A stretch of 64,000 bases of DNA, taken from NCBI GenBank assembly GCA_043228905.1, contig JBHGNT010000007.1, positions 1,426,001 to 1,490,000 on the forward strand. The letters run 5' to 3'. The position numbers and the translations under genes were made by a program. Below are positions 23,014 to 35,268 of the stretch, in pieces. How positions within the stretch are numbered: the first letter of the stretch is position 1; every line of letters starts with the position of its first letter. Source of the DNA: Azolla caroliniana (taxonomy: Eukaryota; Plantae; Polypodiophyta). The notes under the pieces were generated by a model. It had not been told where the DNA came from and did not search any database. It saw only the letters and a list, made by a program, of their open reading frames with translations.

Positions 23014-25179
23014 ATATATCAAAAGGTTATCTTGCTAACGTTTTGTATTTTATCTAACATAGGTCCTTACCAACAAGGAGTTTGGATTGTTAGAGTGGAG
23101 TTGCCCGATGCATATCCTTACAAATCTCCATCAATTGGCTTTGTCAATAAGATTCTTCACCCAAACGTTGATGAAGCGTGAGTCTTTATTAGATATACAT
23201 TTTTACTAACTTCTTTATGTGACAATGCATACTTTCTTTGGAAGCAATTATATAAGAGGAAATGAAGAGATTTAGGAGGAAATGGTTCTAGAGTAAATAG
23301 TATCTGCGAGGTAGTAGATACAAATAAAGTGCATTCACTTAGTGCATTGTATATCTGTACTGTCATCCCTTTTAGAATGTGGCTTGTATACTGCCACTTA
23401 ATAATAAAGTTCTAAACAAGAGACAAGGTACTTAAAACTTTCAGGATGCTAATTGGATTGCGGTCCTGGTGAGCTTGTAAAACAGGTCTGGCTCTGTATG
23501 TCTGGATGTGATCAATCAAAGTTGGAGTCCTATGTTTGGTAAGATGTCATGACTCACTATACAATAACAGAAGGAAACGCCAGGATATCTGAAATGATGT
23601 TTGTTCTGATTTTGGTCTATGTTTTTTCAGATCTTATCAATGTGTTTGAGGTGTTTCTCCCACAGCTTTTACTGTACCCAAATCCTACAGATCCATTGAA
23701 TGGTGAAGCAGCAACATTGCTTCTGCGTGACAAGGCAAAATATGAACAATCAGTACGAGGTAATGATAATGGTTGATATCTATAATGCATGCAAAATTAC
23801 CAACTATATTTATTAAGCACGTTTCAATTTGGTGAAAATGTGGCCGCTAATGACTAATGTTCTTCAGATACCTTCCTATTATTATCATGCATACCTTTAT
23901 CAGAATTTATGACCTTCCCTCAGAAATTGTTGAAACATGAGAGAGATGAGCATCAAGTAGAGGAGTTACCAGAAGCAATAAGAGTGCATAGACCACCGTC
24001 TTTCAGTTGTAAAGGCCACACAGTAGGATGATAATCTGCCCTTTGTAAGAGGAAATAGGGATGGTGTACTGAGTAGTATGAAGAATATTTTCCCAGATCA
24101 TGGTTTAGAACTTCACATTTTCCTGTCCTAAGAACGGTTTACATTACGAGAGTAATGATAAAGTCTAATTACACATTGGCACCTGACAAACTGGAGCATT
24201 AAATCTATGATATGCATTGCAAAGCAGTCAATAAGCTGCGCAATATTTTACTGTTCTTTTATTTTTCTTCTTTTCACTGCTTTCACTTTATCTTTAACTA
24301 TGTATGGTTTATTTTTAATTTCCTTCGAGTATTTCTAAACCTAAATTAACCATAGTAAACTTATCAAAATTTCAGTTATAATAGGGCTTCTGGAAAGATC
24401 TTCTGAAAAATGGGGATTTATTTCTTGATTGGTGCAATGCTATTTGAGGGGTTATCTGAAGATAATGACCAAACGTTCTATTTGAGTGGCATAGTGTCTC
24501 TTCCTAGTTGAGGGATTAGAGATTCCTTTTCAGATATATTGGCACAAGTTCCCACTTGCAAACTCTAAAAATGACAATGAATATCTCGTTTAACCACCAT
24601 TCATGAATAAGAATTACCACGGTGACATGCCATCTAGCCACTTTCATAAAGGCATGTCTTATTGATTAGAGGATCATGAACAATTGTGTTGCTTCTTGGG
24701 CCAAGATTTCTGCTTCCCCGTCAAAAATATATCTCAGTAATGAGAGAGGGTTAAATGTGGTACAGAGATGAAAAATCATTTGATTTCTTTTTTCCTTACC
24801 AAAATAAGTTTGTAATCGTCTGGGCAATCCTATCAAACAAGATGTAATGGCATGAGTTTTAATTGTATCAGACAAGGACTAATTACATGGCCACTCATAG
24901 TTATTAAACAAAGCCTAGAGAAAAAGGATTAAAATGTATTTGAAAGAAAACCTAGGGTTTGTCTTATGTATTTCCAGATAGCAATACAGTGGTCTTTATT
25001 TTTAAGGTAGTAGATTTGGAACAATGCCTATTTTTTTTTGTGTTACAGAACATTGTGAGCGGTATGCAAAAGCAGAAAATGTTGGCAAGAGGCTAGAGGA
25101 AGGTAGCGATGACGATGAGCTTAGTGAGGACGAGTATGATTCAAATGATGATGAAAGGGGAAGGTCCTCAGATCGTTGA
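19300..25179 (+). CDS. Ubiquitin-conjugating enzyme E2, plant UBC4/5/6 (UBE2H-like) group; 6 exons, 183 aa
   Basis: Exons 19300-19343, 20427-20506, 23063-23177, 23486-23538, 23631-23759, 25049-25179 (552 nt). [20 protein letters not shown]..., [36 protein letters not shown] with catalytic Cys, acidic tail. The specific paralog cannot be assigned. Confidence 0.96.
21011..21392. repeat. Diverged ~197-bp tandem duplication in UBC intron 2
   Basis: Copies start TCCTTT(G/A)TTTATAT at 21011 and 21208 and align through TTCCATCTGC(G/A)TTTG. Confidence 0.85.
21950..22430 (+). pseudogene. Possible heavily decayed PPR gene relic in UBC intron 2
   Basis: Broken-frame pieces [33 protein letters not shown] and [10 protein letters not shown] resemble PLS/E-class PPR motifs. 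Many stops and frameshifts. Confidence 0.35.
22754..23010. repeat. Duplicated ~60-bp unit, each copy followed by an AG tract; the second expanded to a long (AG)n
   Basis: TGAGGGT(T/A)GATTCTCA.TGG..CCCTATA..ACAAACATGGT at 22754 and 22894; (AG)n at 22945-23010. Confidence 0.85.
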
Positions 25180-27838
25180 GGGATATATTATCCTCTGTTT
25201 AAAATCTTTATAGAAATGTCTTATTCATCATTAAAGAATCGTATCGAGCTTTCTAAATGTTAGGTCTGTAAAAGATGTATGCCCACTTAAGTGTACATAC
25301 ATTCAGGGTTGTATAGTGATGGTTCTAAAGGTTCTTTATTGTTATATTGTTTGATAATCTGTTAATCCATTTTTTCAAAGGCCAAAGAGCACTTTACTCA
25401 AAAGCTGATTTTTCATCAAATGCATTATGAATAAAGCTGAGGATCTTGATAGTCAGAAAAATTTCAGTCTATTGTGCACAGTGCTATATCAAGATAATTT
25501 TACCTCCTATATATTTTTGAACATAAATATGCTAATTAGCCTCAAAAGGAGCACAATGTGCATGGATATATATGTCTACTATATTTTTCTTGTGTTGTGA
25601 TTTACTTCTCAGATAAAGTCAAAATATGTAATAAAGAGATTAATGTCCTTGGTATGAAATGCCATTGCTGCCATGTCCCTTGTTAAGAGCTATTACTATT
25701 TTTGAACAGAAATCTGCGGATATGTGATTCTCTCTTAGAACATGGAGAAACAGGAAATCTTCTTAATTCTATAATTTGACAGTAACGTGTTTATGCCACT
25801 TTGTGAATGAAAAGGAGTTTCACAGAGAACGTTGTGTATTTTGTGTCGTGGAAATAGTGGTAGCTAAAACAAGAAAATTGAGAAGGGCAGATTCCTTTGA
25901 GTTGTTTATTAGAGATGCTGCTTTAACGCAAATTTTGTTCAACTTTAAGCAAATGTCTGTTACAAGTCCATGTTTGTATGATTGTGTGAAGTGTAGAAGC
26001 TCTACTACTGTCCACAGACTTCTATGCATAAAATCACCTGAATCGTTTCAATCATTGTGTTGGCAAAATGTTGAGAAATCATAACAGTGTTTAGGAAGAT
26101 AATGGTGAAAGGTAATTTTGGGATTTGTAAACCCATATTGTTTGTGTATAAACGGATATGTCTAGCATTCCTCAAATCTCTTTAATCCCATTGCATTGAT
26201 TTAATGTAAACACTCAGACATTATTTGCTAAAGCACTACGTGAAACTGTGGCCTGTTTCCATCATATAAGAGATGTTAAACGCCCTTGCCAAATGTCTAT
26301 CGTCTATTGTCTATTGCCCCCCCTCCTCGTAATCACTAGTTCACCATGGCTCTAATCATGGGTTTAATCAATGCTCCCATTTTCAAAGCTTAAACCATTA
26401 GAGTTGCAAATCACTCTCTACTTCCAATATAGCTAAAATATTTTCTTTATCTGCTTATCCTTTCACATTAATCTGCAATATCTTTGTAATATCCTGTCCT
26501 AATCCTACTTAATCTATGTATAGGAACCTTTACCTTTGATCCTACTCTACTTAATGACTCAACAATTTAACTTTTTTTACCTTTAATACTAATGAGGACA
26601 CCGTTGAAAATAGAGCATAAAATCATTGGTTCTTTCTTAGCAAGGTTTTATTGTAAGACTATTTATATATGAATTTAGATTTGCCCTCCTAAATTAATTT
26701 CTTTATATTATGATGCTTATTCTCCAAACTACAATTCACACATATGCTTTGTAAAAATGGGCTTATATTTCGTTTTCATTTCATCAAATTTGCTTTTTGG
26801 ATGCGAATAATGTTTTGTAATCTAATTGAATGGGCATCCATTAGGGGGGAGTCTATTCTAATAATGTGATCATATATATAATAATATCTTTAAGGGCTAG
26901 GTAAAGGAAGAAAAGCATCTTCTTCTTTGTGCAAATAGAAATGAAATTTGGCATCTAGCGTTCTATATCAGAAATTCCACCTAGTATAGAGCTCTAATTA
27001 TATGCTCTTTTATCCTACATTCATAGATAAGAATTTCTGCATTAATTGTTCTAGAAATATTCTCTAGTTATATTGGAAACATATAAATACGTTTCATACA
27101 TATATTGGCATCTCACAACTAGGATCCCCAAAATTGGCTAACCGAGATCTACCACTAGCGCACCCACTTAACATACAAAAGAATGAAATATTTAAGCATT
27201 CACCAGATTTTTAAAGGATAAGTGATACAGTTGGAAATTTGGAATAGCTGTTCAAATTGTTTTCCATTTAGTAGAGTATTGTTTGGCTTAAGTGGCCCCA
27301 AAGTTATCACCATGGAACATCACCCCATTTACTAAGGTGTACAGACAATTGTTGGAGGCATTAGTCATGATTAATAATAATTTCTTCTCATCTTTGGATT
27401 TGTGAAGTATTTGCCTCCATAAAACCTTTTCATCTTTCATAGAATTCTCAGTTTAATTGATTCAAACATGCAATTGTAATCGAGCAGTTAATCTTATAGT
27501 TTGATTGTCAAAAGCTTCACACTGATATTTCTTTACATTAATAAAAATTGTTACTTTATTTCACGTGTTTATAATTGGTGTAAATGAGCATTTTCGATAT
27601 CTTCATAGAAACTTGTTAACATGCATTTATTGTGTAACCAATAATTAAATCTGAGTTGAAGTAGGTACTGGTACTGCACAAGAATGTGCAGCCCACACAA
27701 AGAATTGAGGTTCTCAGGGAGGCATTATCATCCATATGAGCAATCGCTCATATCTCTCTCATATACCTCTTGAGGAGTAAAGATCAAACCTTCATAAAGA
27801 AACATGCCCAGACCAGAGGTTAGTGCTGTTGCACCTCA

Positions 27839-29493
27839 TTATTGTCGCAGGAGACATAAACATGCAAGGACTAATATATACCCAAGCTTCAAATTCCAAT
27901 GCCTTTTCAAACTCCCATTAGAAGATATTGTTTGTGAAAAACTAAAGTTGAACACTTTTGTTCCATCCGGGTAAAATAGGCCGTAATTCCTTTCCGATGT
28001 TGGCCCTGACTTTAGATCCTCATTAAAGAGTGCGAAAATATACACATTCATTGTTTTATTTGGTTTCAGAGGAGTTCCGGTATTAGATTGCAAATGTTGG
28101 AACAGATTATTGTGATAGGTTTGGGCATTTTGGATAGATGCTCCAACTTCATCCGCATCTCCAGCTGACGGCCATCCTGTTTCAGACACTTCAAGTGATA
28201 GATTCTGGTAGCCTAAGGCTGCAATGGCATAGTAAACTGAATCTAGTTGAGCATCAAACATGTTGTCGTATCGCAACCCAGTGTTTGGATCAAGCACTCC
28301 AGGATTGCTTTCGAAGAGCACGTAAGCTAATGAAATTGTGGTTGGATCCGCTTTGTAAGCAAAGAAAGGATATGCGTTAATCATGAATGGGGCTCCGGTT
28401 TGTGCAAGGAATTGCAATATAGGTCTGATGTATGTGTCGGCGATGCTAGGATTAAAAGCTCCACTGGACGGCGGAAATGAAGAAGAAAGCACAGCGAATG
28501 AATGAGCCGTAGAGACATTGATCTTTTGCTCAAGCCCCAAGCTACTCAAAGCATTGTATATGTTCATCATTCCGGGAAGGACTTGAGACATTTGCGTGGT
28601 ATCGGTACCACTAAAGACCTCGTTTCCCACTACAATGCCAATAATGTTAGTTTCCGGATAATAAGGGAGAACATATTCTTGAATCCAGGACAATGATCCT
28701 TTCGTGGTAGATAGGCTTCCTAGATCCTCATTGGCTACCTCTACTACAAACGAGATATCGGTGTTCCGGAATGCTGACAGGACCAACGGATTTGCATCAT
28801 AAAGCCTAACTTTAGAAATATGAATGGATTGGATAATTGGAACAACTTGTGCTGGGGTGGGTAGGTTATCTGCTACCATACCATAGTTGATACCCAAAGA
28901 GCCCGATGTATTCACAATGAGGTGTGGACCTGGCAAGGCAAAGTCATGAACAAGGAAATGCTTCATTTCTCGTGGTAATTACTTACAAATTACTAATTCC
29001 CCCAAACCTCAAAATGCTTGCTTCTCAAACTCCTTGATTTTCTCTAATTGCATTAAAGCCTACTATCAATCCTCACAATAAGGGTATGGGGGTTTCATTC
29101 TATTTTTTCTGCAAGTAATTTCTCTTATAAGAAGTGCCATTGATAATGGAGAAGCAGGTTTAAGCTTAATTAATCATGGCGTTTAATAACACGGGGAAAG
29201 AAATGAGGGCCTTCTTCTAGATGAAGCATAGATTATCAAAAGAATTCTCACTCATACATATATAAGTATCATAACAGAAACCAAATAAGAATCAGAGAAA
29301 AACGAAGAGTATTTTGTTACCTGAATAGGAGATGTATAAACATAGGTATACATTTGTATATGTGTATGTATCGATGTATGCATGCATGAGAAATGAAGAG
29401 GATTTTGTGTTTACCTGAGTAGCAGATGAGAAGCAGTATGGATATAAGAAAATCTAGAAATTCATCGTGTTTCCACAACTTCACCAGTGCCAT
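27839..29493 (-). CDS. Glucan endo-1,3-beta-glucosidase (GH17), signal peptide, no X8 domain, likely GPI-anchored; 389 aa
   Basis: Exon 1 29493-29415 (MALVKLWKHDEFLDFLISILLLICYS), phase-1 intron, exon 2 28929-27839. GINYG, VGNE (acid/base), NAYPFFAY, SETGWPS (nucleophile), YIFALFNEDLK, SERNYGLF, then a Ser-rich spacer and hydrophobic C-terminus. Confidence 0.93.
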
Positions 29494-29499
29494 CGCTGA

Positions 29500-29790
29500 A
29501 AAGAAAGGATCAAAACTCTAATATATATTGTTCTGATGATCAATTCCTTCAGATTACTATAATACTCCTTCCCTCTAGTATAATGAATCAAATCCTCTAA
29601 TATAAAGAATCTTCTGGTGATCCAATCTTGTAGATTATGGCAATATCCCTTTGCACTTGTATAGTGAATCAAATTCTCAAATATATAATGAATCTTCTGA
29701 TGATCAATTCCTGTAGAAAATGGAAATACTCCTTCTTGGATCAATTTCTTTTAGATTACGACAATACTCATTGAATTCCTTCAGATTATA
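29500..29790. repeat. Degenerate tandem repeats just upstream of the first GH17 ATG
   Basis: Recurring GATCAATT(C/T)CTT(C/T)AGATTAC..AATACTC and AATGAATCAAAT.CTC..AATATA.A.GAATCTTCTG.TGATC units. Confidence 0.6.
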
Positions 29791-30619
29791 TATACATACA
29801 CACAAACTTTCTTAAAACATTTTGTTTTCTACAGAACCTATGGACCGTGATTAAAAGGAATACTTATCATCCATCGTTGTGTCAGAAAAGAACAAAGAAG
29901 AAAAAGGAAAAAAACAGAAAGCCTCTAGCCTTTGACGTCTTACTGCTGCGTTTATTTTTGGTGTGAAAAGGAGAATATGATGAAGACAAATGGACAAAGA
30001 AACGTGATGGAGAAGAAGATAATATGGATTTTCAAATTAGAAAAAAGCTCGCCTTTTTTGAAGATTCTGCAGGAAAACTAGAATAGAATTACCACGCAGA
30101 AACAGATATGTATTAAGATGGATCCACGTTTCAAATCATGCGAGATTTGACAAAAAGAGAGAAAGAGATTGATATCACTTATTAAAGATTCTAATTCTGT
30201 AAATGATCCATAAAGATTCAAAGAAAGCGACCCACTAAAGAATATACTATCTTCCCTCTTTCCGCAAGCAATATAGTAGAGCTTCAATCTATGGCAAAAC
30301 AAAGTGTTCTTGTGGAATGATAGAATATTCTCTCCCTCTCCCTCTCCCTCTGTGTGCAAGGAATAAAGACTCCAAGCTATGGAGAAATAAAGAATTAGTC
30401 TATACGTTCATAGGGATCCAACGAATATCCTCCTCCTTCTCTCTTTTGCACAGACACAAAAACAAATCAGAGAAATTTTCGATTTGGCGAATCCTGTCTC
30501 TGATGTTGATCTTACTGCACAATACTTGCCCGAAATATCATCAGATTTTAACAGTTTATAAAACCTTAGTTAACAGATTTAACCAGCTAAAAACCCTAAA
30601 CAGAAGCAGAAATATACCT

Positions 30620-30632
30620 TCTCTCTCTCTCA

Positions 30633-30700
<68 letters not shown>
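30620..30700. repeat. (CT)n(CA)n microsatellite
   Basis: Directly visible. Confidence 0.95.
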
Positions 30701-30702
<2 letters not shown>

Positions 30703-31274
30703 TTTGGTCTTAGAAGACGTTATTAATCTTTCTTTCTTTCTTTCACAGAATCTTTCTGCCTCGGAAAAAAACGTTTCCTCTTCTCCCTGTTCCAGAATCT
30801 CTTTGATATATTTGGTAACTTCTGCGATGAATAAAGTTCGCAGAGGTGAACAGATTCAACAACTAGTAAACCTAATGAGGTTCTTTAAATAATTTATTTT
30901 CCGAGTCACTGTCAATAGCTTCTGTGATGAGGTTAACAAATTTAGCAATCCGAGCAACCCTGAATCGATGCTTCTGTCATATCATACACACAAAACACCC
31001 AATTAACAAACCTAGAAACCCGAATTCAGTGCTTCTCACACGCACATCTTAACTGCAGTAAATCTCTCTGATTCTAACCTATTAGAAGAGAAGAGAAGAG
31101 AAGGGTGGGGCAAAAAAGGGGAGGAAGGGTAGGGAGCGGTTAGGGTGGGGATTCTGTGCTGGGGGAGTTTTTTTCTGCTGCAGAAGCCATGGAAGCTTGA
31201 TAAGGATTTGAATGAAGAGAAGAGGAGAAAAGGAGTAGGCTACATAAAAACAGAAAATTACAGGAATGACCCTA

Positions 31275-31442
31275 CAATACACTATATATATCATATATGT
31301 ATACATGTATGTATATATATACACTATACATATCGTATACATGTATATATACACTATATATATCGTATACATGTATTATATATACACTATACATATCGTA
31401 TACATGTATATATACACTATATATATCGTATACATGTATTAT
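31275..31442. repeat. TA-rich ~30-bp minisatellite
   Basis: TATACACTATA(C/T)ATATCGTATACATGTA repeated about five times. Confidence 0.9.
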
Positions 31443-31579
31443 GAGATATATGACGGCCCGAAAGGTGAAAAAGTGACTAAAAAGAGGATAAGGAATGGAG
31501 CGAAAGCGTGTGTAAAAAAGTAAAAGAGAGAAAGAAAGATATATTAACGTCTTCTAAGACCAAAATTGGCCCATGACAC

Positions 31580-33252
31580 AATTGGTTTACAACAAAAATG
31601 GAGTATTTATCCATTCATCGAAAGTAAAAATAAATAAAAATAAAACAGAACTTGAGCTAAAGAGTTCAGGCCCAAAAAAAAAAACATGTTCTATAAGAAA
31701 ATGGCTTTATACTAGGCCTAGTTTCATTTCCATCCATGATCCAAGTCTCTCGAAAAGAAGCGGGAGGTCAAAAGGGTTTCGATGTGGATGTGCCCCCCGT
31801 GATCCGTATGTAAAAGGTACCCCAACCATAGCCTCTAGGCGGCGTAGCTCACGTTCCCTTATCTTCTTAATCGTTTCTACTCCACGTCGAGGAACTTTGA
31901 GACCCAAAATCCACGGGCGTCTGGTTGTTCTTTGCATTTCTGCTTCATCAAGAGAGAGGCCGAGTGGTGTAGGTGTGTCCACATTCATCGTCTCCCCTTG
32001 TTCCTAAAAGATTATATTAGTTACATGTTGGTGAATATTAAAATGATTATGGTTTTAACATTTTCTAGTTTTTCCTCCCTATGTTGTTTTAGCTCGAAGA
32101 TATACCTACCTAGTCTCTTTATATCCAGGGTATCTAATAGTTTGGAGAGGGTCCTAGTATGTCTTGGTATTTCGCCCTTATCTCGGCATAAGTTGGACAC
32201 TTGCATGTCAACTGATACTCATCCTCTATCTCTATGTGTCATAACCTACATGGTATTTCCTCTCTAGGGACTCCGTTAGTACGACCATTCTCAATCTCAA
32301 GTTGGTGAGATGATATCCTACGTTGTCCAATGGCCACCCTTAGTGCATTCATCAAGAATGTATCTAGATATTTTGGTCGTATAATAAAACCTAGCTTAGA
32401 GAAGTGCATGAAGTGTTCCTTATAGTACAACATTTTAGATGGGAGTGCCTCTCGTGAGGTGATCCATTTATATCATGTATAAATTTGCCATATTTCTTGG
32501 CGTATTATTTTATTACGATCCTCATGAGGGATTAAAGTTTGATCAGTCCCATGGTTGTACTTAAGGGGAGGTAGGTTTTTAATGTCTATGCCATTTGCAA
32601 GTAACCAATGCACTACAATGCTATACCAAGAGCTACTACCTCCGGACTCATATAGGGATTGAGATGCCTGAAAAACATGACGAGATATCTTATCTTGTGG
32701 TTGGCTATGTATCCTATCAATAAAAACTACCAATTGGAAGAGTGCTTCTACTAACATTGGGGGCAGGCTAAACTCTGCTCTAATAATGTCATGTGATATT
32801 GTTGATTTGCGTCGGAGTTGACGTGATAACATCACCACCAAAGGTCTCTCTAATTGTGTCCACATGAAGGACGGTAGACCTGGAGCCCATACTATTGATG
32901 CATACATGAGTGAAGGCGTCACTAATGAGTCGAAGAACCATCCCTTAGTCTGTGGCTCTTGAAAGTATACCTGGTGGCATTGTCTCTCTAAGAGTGAGAG
33001 GGATGCATACCCTCTCATTAGCCTATCTTTGGCTGCCTGGGTCATCGAGAATTTACTTGAACGAGCACTAAAAGTAACTCCCAGATATACATATGATCCA
33101 ACTACCTCGATTGGTTTATGAAAGAGGAGTAGGTGACACTTACTCCTAACTCGAGATGATGTGTGAAAGATAAGGGCTTTAGTTTTCGTTAGGTTCACTA
33201 CCAATCCTCGTTGTGTGCAAAAGTCATCTAGGGCATTAAGGTGATTTGAGAA
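31580..33252 (-). mobile_element. 5'-truncated RTEX-like LINE (end of RT domain through C-terminal Cys/His region)
   Basis: NHLNALDDFCTQRGLVVNLTKTK, YVYLGVTF, SLMYASIVW, then AIGQRRISSHQLEIENGR...CRLC and EHYVC in frameshifted ORFs 32473-33204, 32239-32433 and 32021-32206. The 3' boundary is approximate. Confidence 0.85.
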
Positions 33253-33282
33253 AGGGACTCTTATGTATATTGTATATGTATG

Positions 33283-33314
<32 letters not shown>

Positions 33315-33814
33315 GCTATATATATGTGTGTTTAATTATTAATTAACATTAATAAAAGTGAGAGTGGATAGGGCCATTCAATGCGTGTGTGCAGGAATGT
33401 AAAGTTTGATTCTATGTTAGAGCGACCACATTAACATTCCTCCCTCCCTATAAAACGAGGGATGGAGAGCTTATTTTGGGCTTCTTCTCTCATTCTTCGT
33501 TTTGGGTGGTCTTCTTCTTCGGCAACATTTTTGGGAGTGTTCCATCTTCGTCTTTTTCAATTTTTGCCGGTTGGGGGGAGTCTTCTTCGAGTCTGCGTGT
33601 AGGTTCTTCAGGTTTCTTTTTCTTCTTCGACTCTTCTCTGTCTAGGGATTTTGATGCTTGAGTGGAGGCAATGAGGAGGTGGCAAACCAACACACCGATC
33701 GTTTGTAATGAGAACGGAGTGGCACGAGAACTCTACCCTAATTCGAGGTATCATAGCCATCAGAGGTAGTTGTGGTCTCGACTACCCACTTGACTTGCTT
33801 ACACCAGAAGTTTC

Positions 33815-35268
33815 ACTCCTCTCATTTTCTATATGCAGACTTGATAAATTGGAAGAAGTGATGAATAAGGTTTGCAAGAGAAGAAGGATTGAATGCCCCC
33901 AAATTGATGCAACATGTTATCTTATTGCTTCTCTATGCAAATGATGTGGTACTCTTCTCATATGATGTTGATAGTATGCAACATTTACTTGGGGTATTAG
34001 AAGAATTTTGCCATAGTAGTGGACTAACAGTGAATGTGGGGAGAAAACAAAAATGATGGTAGTGCAAACCACCCAACTTCATCATTACCCTATGCTCGCA
34101 TATAGAGGTGAACATATACAATTTGTTCGAAGCTTTAAATATCTTGGTATTGATGTACCTGCCACAAATAAATGGAGTGCATGCTTTGATTCTAGGCTCC
34201 AAGCCAGTTGGAAATTGTATTACCTTTTGGAGAACCAATGCAACCAAAGTGATACTTGTGTATGGGAAGTAAAACTAATGTTGTTCAATGTCATGGTAAC
34301 TCAAGTATTGCTTTATGGAGTAGAAGTATGGGGTGACACCATCTCTATTAATGCATAGAATGAGATTGAGAAAATTCAAAAGATGTTTTTAAGGAGGCAA
34401 TTAGGAGTTAAATGCACCACCTCTTACCAGGATTTGTTCTTAGAAATAGGTGTTTGACCCATAGAAATATTGGCACTCAAAAGAGTATATAAATACATTA
34501 CAAAAGTCAAGAATATGCCGAATCATCGATTACCACATCTTGCTTGGAATGTTGGATGTAAGTTACAAAAGAATCTTAAGAGTAAGATTCTCTCATCCGA
34601 TTGGGTTGTTGACATAAGGAAATGGTTTAGAAGATGGGTGTGGATGATCTTTTAGAGCTTTCGGGCGATGTTATGCATTATATAATGATTGAGGAAAGGT
34701 TGGTGGAATCATTAAGGATGAAGTGGGAAGGTGCTAAGAGGACCAAGCTAGAATACTACATTGCAAATGTCAACCCTGAATGTTGGTCTCAATATAAAGC
34801 AAGACTGCCTATTGATCGTATCCAACCTTATCTCATTACCAATATGAGTAGTAATGCTCGTAGAGCCCTTACACTACTTTGCACTCGATTCCACAAGTTA
34901 GGTATTGAAGTTGCATCATGGTATCAAAATGTAAAGAATTTGAAGGCATGTAAAGTATGCAATGAAGGCATGGTTGAGGATAAATGTCACTTGCTCTTCA
35001 CATGGTCGACATATAGTGCAATTTGTTTAAGATATGTTGGCATACTAAGAGGGAGTGATAACTTAAGTGCCATAATTAAGACAACACCCAGAAGGTTGAG
35101 CTCATATGTGTATGCTTTATTCACACATAGAGACTTTGTGCTTCAATGTATGAATACCCCTTCTTAGGAAGGAGACACATATCAAGAACACATGTATACT
35201 TTGGTTCCATAGGTCAAAACTTGCCTCTTTATGGACAATAAAAATTCTAATTCTAATCCGAATTCTAA
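33815..35268 (+). mobile_element. 5'-truncated RTEX-like LINE with (TTCTAA)-type tail
   Basis: LLLYANDVVL (degenerate YADD), FKYLGI, LLYGVEVWG, HKLGIE...CKVC...EDKCHLLF. 3' end AATAAAAATTCTAATTCTAATCCGAATTCTAA. Frameshifts and stops present. Confidence 0.88.

Noticed and set aside
28930-28966. ORF-track start MKHFLVHDFALP for the first GH17 (and 46623 for the second)
   Set aside because: These lie in introns. Proper acceptors and upstream signal-peptide exons in matching phase exist for both genes.
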